Part shown: piece by piece, positions 25,504-28,099 of the stretch
Layout: every line of letters begins with the position of its first letter
How positions within the stretch are numbered: position 1 is the stretch's first letter
Assembly: GCA_963663405.2 (NCBI GenBank)
Contig: CAXXSM010000095.1
Span: 1-28,099 of the forward strand
Length of the DNA: 28,099 bases
Source of the DNA: a bacterium
GTDB lineage: Bacteria > Hinthialibacterota > Hinthialibacteria > Hinthialibacterales > Hinthialibacteraceae
Direction of reading: 5' to 3'
Program-made: the position numbers and the translations under genes
The notes under the pieces: model-generated
The model's input: only the letters and a program-made list of their open reading frames with translations
Databases searched by the model: none
What the model was told of the DNA's origin: nothing

Positions 25504-26424
25504 TTATTTCACCAGGTATTCAAATATGGATTCAAGGTTGTCGTCCGTCGCCACGAGTTGCTGAATCTTGATTCCCTCATCCAAGACTAAGGAATCGAGA
25601 CGGTTGTAAAAATCATCGGGTGAGGTGATTTGGACGATCAATTCATTTTCCTCTTCGCCGAAACTGAGCGTCTGCACTTCGGGATAGGTTACCAACCGGT
25701 TGGAGAGCGTCTGCCGGTCCGGTGTCAAGATTTGGATGTGGCGAGGCTGTTCGTCGATCAATTCACGGATCTCCTGCACTGTGCCTTCCGCCAATAACAT
25801 CCCGTTGTTCAATACCAATACACGATTGGTCATCTCCTGGACTTCGTGGAGAATGTGACTCGATACCAAAACGATTTTTTCCTGCCGTCCGAATTCACGG
25901 ATCAATTCCACCAACGCGTTCCGTCCTATCGGATCCATCCCCGATAGCGGCTCGTCAAGAAAGAGGTATTCTGGATCGTGTAGAATCGACTGGGCGTATT
26001 TTACCCGCTGCCGCATGCCTTTGCTGTAAGCTCCGATGCGTTTATTCGCCGCTTCGGTCAAACCAACCCTTTCTAAACCTCGTTCCGCGGTTTTCTGCGC
26101 GTTCTGTTTGGACTGACCATTGAGACGGGCGATATAGCAGAGGAACTGAAAGCCGGTCATATAGTCGTAGAGGGATTCCGTATCCGGGCAAAATCCGATT
26201 TTTGCATAGATAGAATTGTTGTTCCAGACCGGTTCGCCACTGATCCGGATGGTTCCCGCGCTCGGTTTGATTTGACCGGTGAGCAGCTTTAATAGGGTGG
26301 ATTTACCCGCCCCATTGGCGCCGAGTAAGCCGGTCACGCCCGGTTCAATGCGGGTATGGATCTCACTTACCCCAAGCACTTCGTCATACCATTTGGAGAC
26401 ATTGTCAATCTCGATAACCGCCAT
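25504..26424 (-). CDS. ABC transporter ATP-binding protein
   Basis: GANGAGKST, YSKGMRQR, LFLDEP, SSH. Confidence 0.95.
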   Translation of the reverse strand: MAVIEIDNVSKWYDEVLGVSEIHTRIEPGVTGLLGANGAGKSTLLKLLTGQIKPSAGTIRISGEPVWNNNSIYAKIGFCPDTESLYDYMTGFQFLCYIARLNGQSKQNAQKTAERGLERVGLTEAANKRIGAYSKGMRQRVKYAQSILHDPEYLFLDEPLSGMDPIGRNALVELIREFGRQEKIVLVSSHILHEVQEMTNRVLVLNNGMLLAEGTVQEIRELIDEQPRHIQILTPDRQTLSNRLVTYPEVQTLSFGEEENELIVQITSPDDFYNRLDSLVLDEGIKIQQLVATDDNLESIFEYLVK

Positions 26425-26427
26425 AAT

Positions 26428-27336
26428 TTATTTCACCACCTCCACCGCCCGGATTTGCCTATGCAGGATGAACGCCGACACGGCGCAGATCAATATCAAC
26501 ATCCCCAAATGCCAACTCCAATGGAGGTCGTACGTCATTTCGGAATAGAAAATCACGGAACCCATTTGCGTCCATAGATGTTGGAAGGTAAAGAGCGATA
26601 ATAGGCCTTCATTCATGAAAGGCTGCTGACGAGTCATCTCTTGTAGAATACCCACCATAGCCGGTGGGATTAAATACGCTACGCATATCATCGTCGCAGA
26701 TCCGACACGGGATTTAGTCAATGAGGAGATCGCTAACACGAGCATCACCAGAGGAATGGTCACCACATTGCAATATAAAAAAATCTTTAGTATTAATGAC
26801 AGACTCGTAAAAAGATAATTCCATTGATCGTTAAAAAATGCGTAGAAGAACATGAGAAGCAGGGTAGGGAATAATGTGATTGAATAGAGATAAAAGAGAA
26901 TCACTGATCCTTTCCCGAATAAATAATCCACTTTGCTCATTGGTTTGGCCAAATAGAGAGTCAATGCTTTACACCGCTTATCCGAAGAGATAATGTCGGC
27001 GCCAGTCACTAAAGCGATTAGATAGCAGAAACTGAGTTGGATATAGAGAAAATTATAATAGAACTCCGCGTCGATGGTTAAGTAATTCTTCAACCACCGG
27101 GCGAACTCATTGAAATCCCTGCCTCCCCCCAAATTTTCCAGGAATTCCAAATTTGCCTCCAAGTAAATGACGCAGATATTGTAGAGAAACGGTGTTAAGC
27201 AGAAGATCAGAATAATCCAGAATATCCTTCCTTGCCAGATTCGATGGATTCCCCGCCGCGCAATCAGCGACCAGACGATTGAACGGGGGAGGTAGGTTCC
27301 GGAGTAATGACGATAACTTTGTTCGTAAACCGGCAC
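26428..27336 (-). CDS. ABC-2 type transporter permease
   Basis: GTG start with AAGGAG RBS; ISSDKRCKALTLYLAKPMSKVDYLFGK; multiple TMs. Confidence 0.85.
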   Translation of the reverse strand: MPVYEQSYRHYSGTYLPRSIVWSLIARRGIHRIWQGRIFWIILIFCLTPFLYNICVIYLEANLEFLENLGGGRDFNEFARWLKNYLTIDAEFYYNFLYIQLSFCYLIALVTGADIISSDKRCKALTLYLAKPMSKVDYLFGKGSVILFYLYSITLFPTLLLMFFYAFFNDQWNYLFTSLSLILKIFLYCNVVTIPLVMLVLAISSLTKSRVGSATMICVAYLIPPAMVGILQEMTRQQPFMNEGLLSLFTFQHLWTQMGSVIFYSEMTYDLHWSWHLGMLILICAVSAFILHRQIRAVEVVK

Positions 27337-27422
27337 GGTTTTTTCTCCTTACACAAGGGATCGAATTGTATAGCAACGCATGCGCGCATGCAGGATTTTA
27401 GAGTGAAAATCTATCTTTATTC

Positions 27423-28099
27423 TCATACAGTTTGAATGGCGGAGGAAAAAATATCCTTTAGCGTCATTTCTTCGTGTGTGAGTTGGCGAATTTGCGCGCC
27501 CGCTTCCCGCGCGGCGGTGAAAATCGCTTCCGTCCCGCGTTCTTCCGACACACGGACCTGTAATAAATCATTCTTTTTATGATTGCATTCCCCTCCTTGG
27601 TTCTGGATGGCTTTGCGAAACTGGTTTTCATCGCCTTTAATCCGCACTTCGTATGAGATCTGGGCCAGCTGTTTCAATTCCTGAATTCGTCCCGCTGTCG
27701 CCAGTTTCCCTTTAAAGAGCACCATCACATGCTCGCAAACCGATTCCACATCATGCAAGAGATGACTCGATAGAATTACGGAGATTTCTTTGTTCATTGA
27801 GATATCTTTGATCAATTCCAGCATGGCTTTGCGCCCATGCGGGTCCAGGCCGTTTGTGGGTTCATCAAGAAGAAGGATCTGGGGATCGTGAACCAGCGCC
27901 TGGGCCAGTTTTACACGTTGGCGCATTCCGGTGGAGTAGGTTTCAACTTTCCGGTATCGGGCCTCCCCGAGGCCGCAGTAGTGCAGGGTGATATGGGCGC
28001 GAAGCATGGCCTCTTTGTACGGCAGCCCACAGAGGCGGCCGCAAAATGCGACAAATTCAACGCCGCTCATCCCTGGGATATAAGAGTCCTCTTCCGGCA
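27423..28099 (-). CDS. ABC transporter ATP-binding protein (5' end outside window)
   Basis: Frame stays open to the edge (PEEDSYIPGMSG); YSTGMRQR, LLLDEP, SSH; Walker A lies outside the window. Confidence 0.93.
   Translation of the reverse strand, partial: PEEDSYIPGMSGVEFVAFCGRLCGLPYKEAMLRAHITLHYCGLGEARYRKVETYSTGMRQRVKLAQALVHDPQILLLDEPTNGLDPHGRKAMLELIKDISMNKEISVILSSHLLHDVESVCEHVMVLFKGKLATAGRIQELKQLAQISYEVRIKGDENQFRKAIQNQGGECNHKKNDLLQVRVSEERGTEAIFTAAREAGAQIRQLTHEEMTLKDIFSSAIQTV

Noticed and set aside
275-27376. Remaining short ORFs in the six-frame track
   Set aside because: Antisense or alternate-frame shadows of well-supported genes, without motifs or RBS

Overview
Bacterial chromosomal window (diderm: porins, YidC, MCP). 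From the left: a porin + DUF4956 pair, a coiled-coil + methyltransferase pair, a putative sigma-54 oprB-MCP operon, a non-canonical sulfatase-fold enzyme, two tandem DUF1080 paralogs and thuA. The centre holds rpmH-rnpA-yidD-yidC-jag (rpmH is missing from the ORF track), with no adjacent dnaA or mnmE, followed by a bifunctional rel, an orphan flgG-like gene and an orphan histidine kinase. A decaying accessory islet follows (AAA ATPase + truncated TOPRIM-like partner, two Phd-like antitoxins flanking brnT-brnA, a frameshifted LRR protein), then a two-ATPase/two-permease ABC operon. The most unusual unexplained structure is a ~85-90 nt intergenic element present three times at ~0.9 kb spacing, in front of DUF1080-2, thuA and rpmH. 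It has 13-nt inverted arms (ATGAAAATGAGTT...AACTCATTTTCAT), a 31-32 nt spacer and a compensatory base-pair change in the third copy. All family assignments come from motif recognition by eye; no searches were run.
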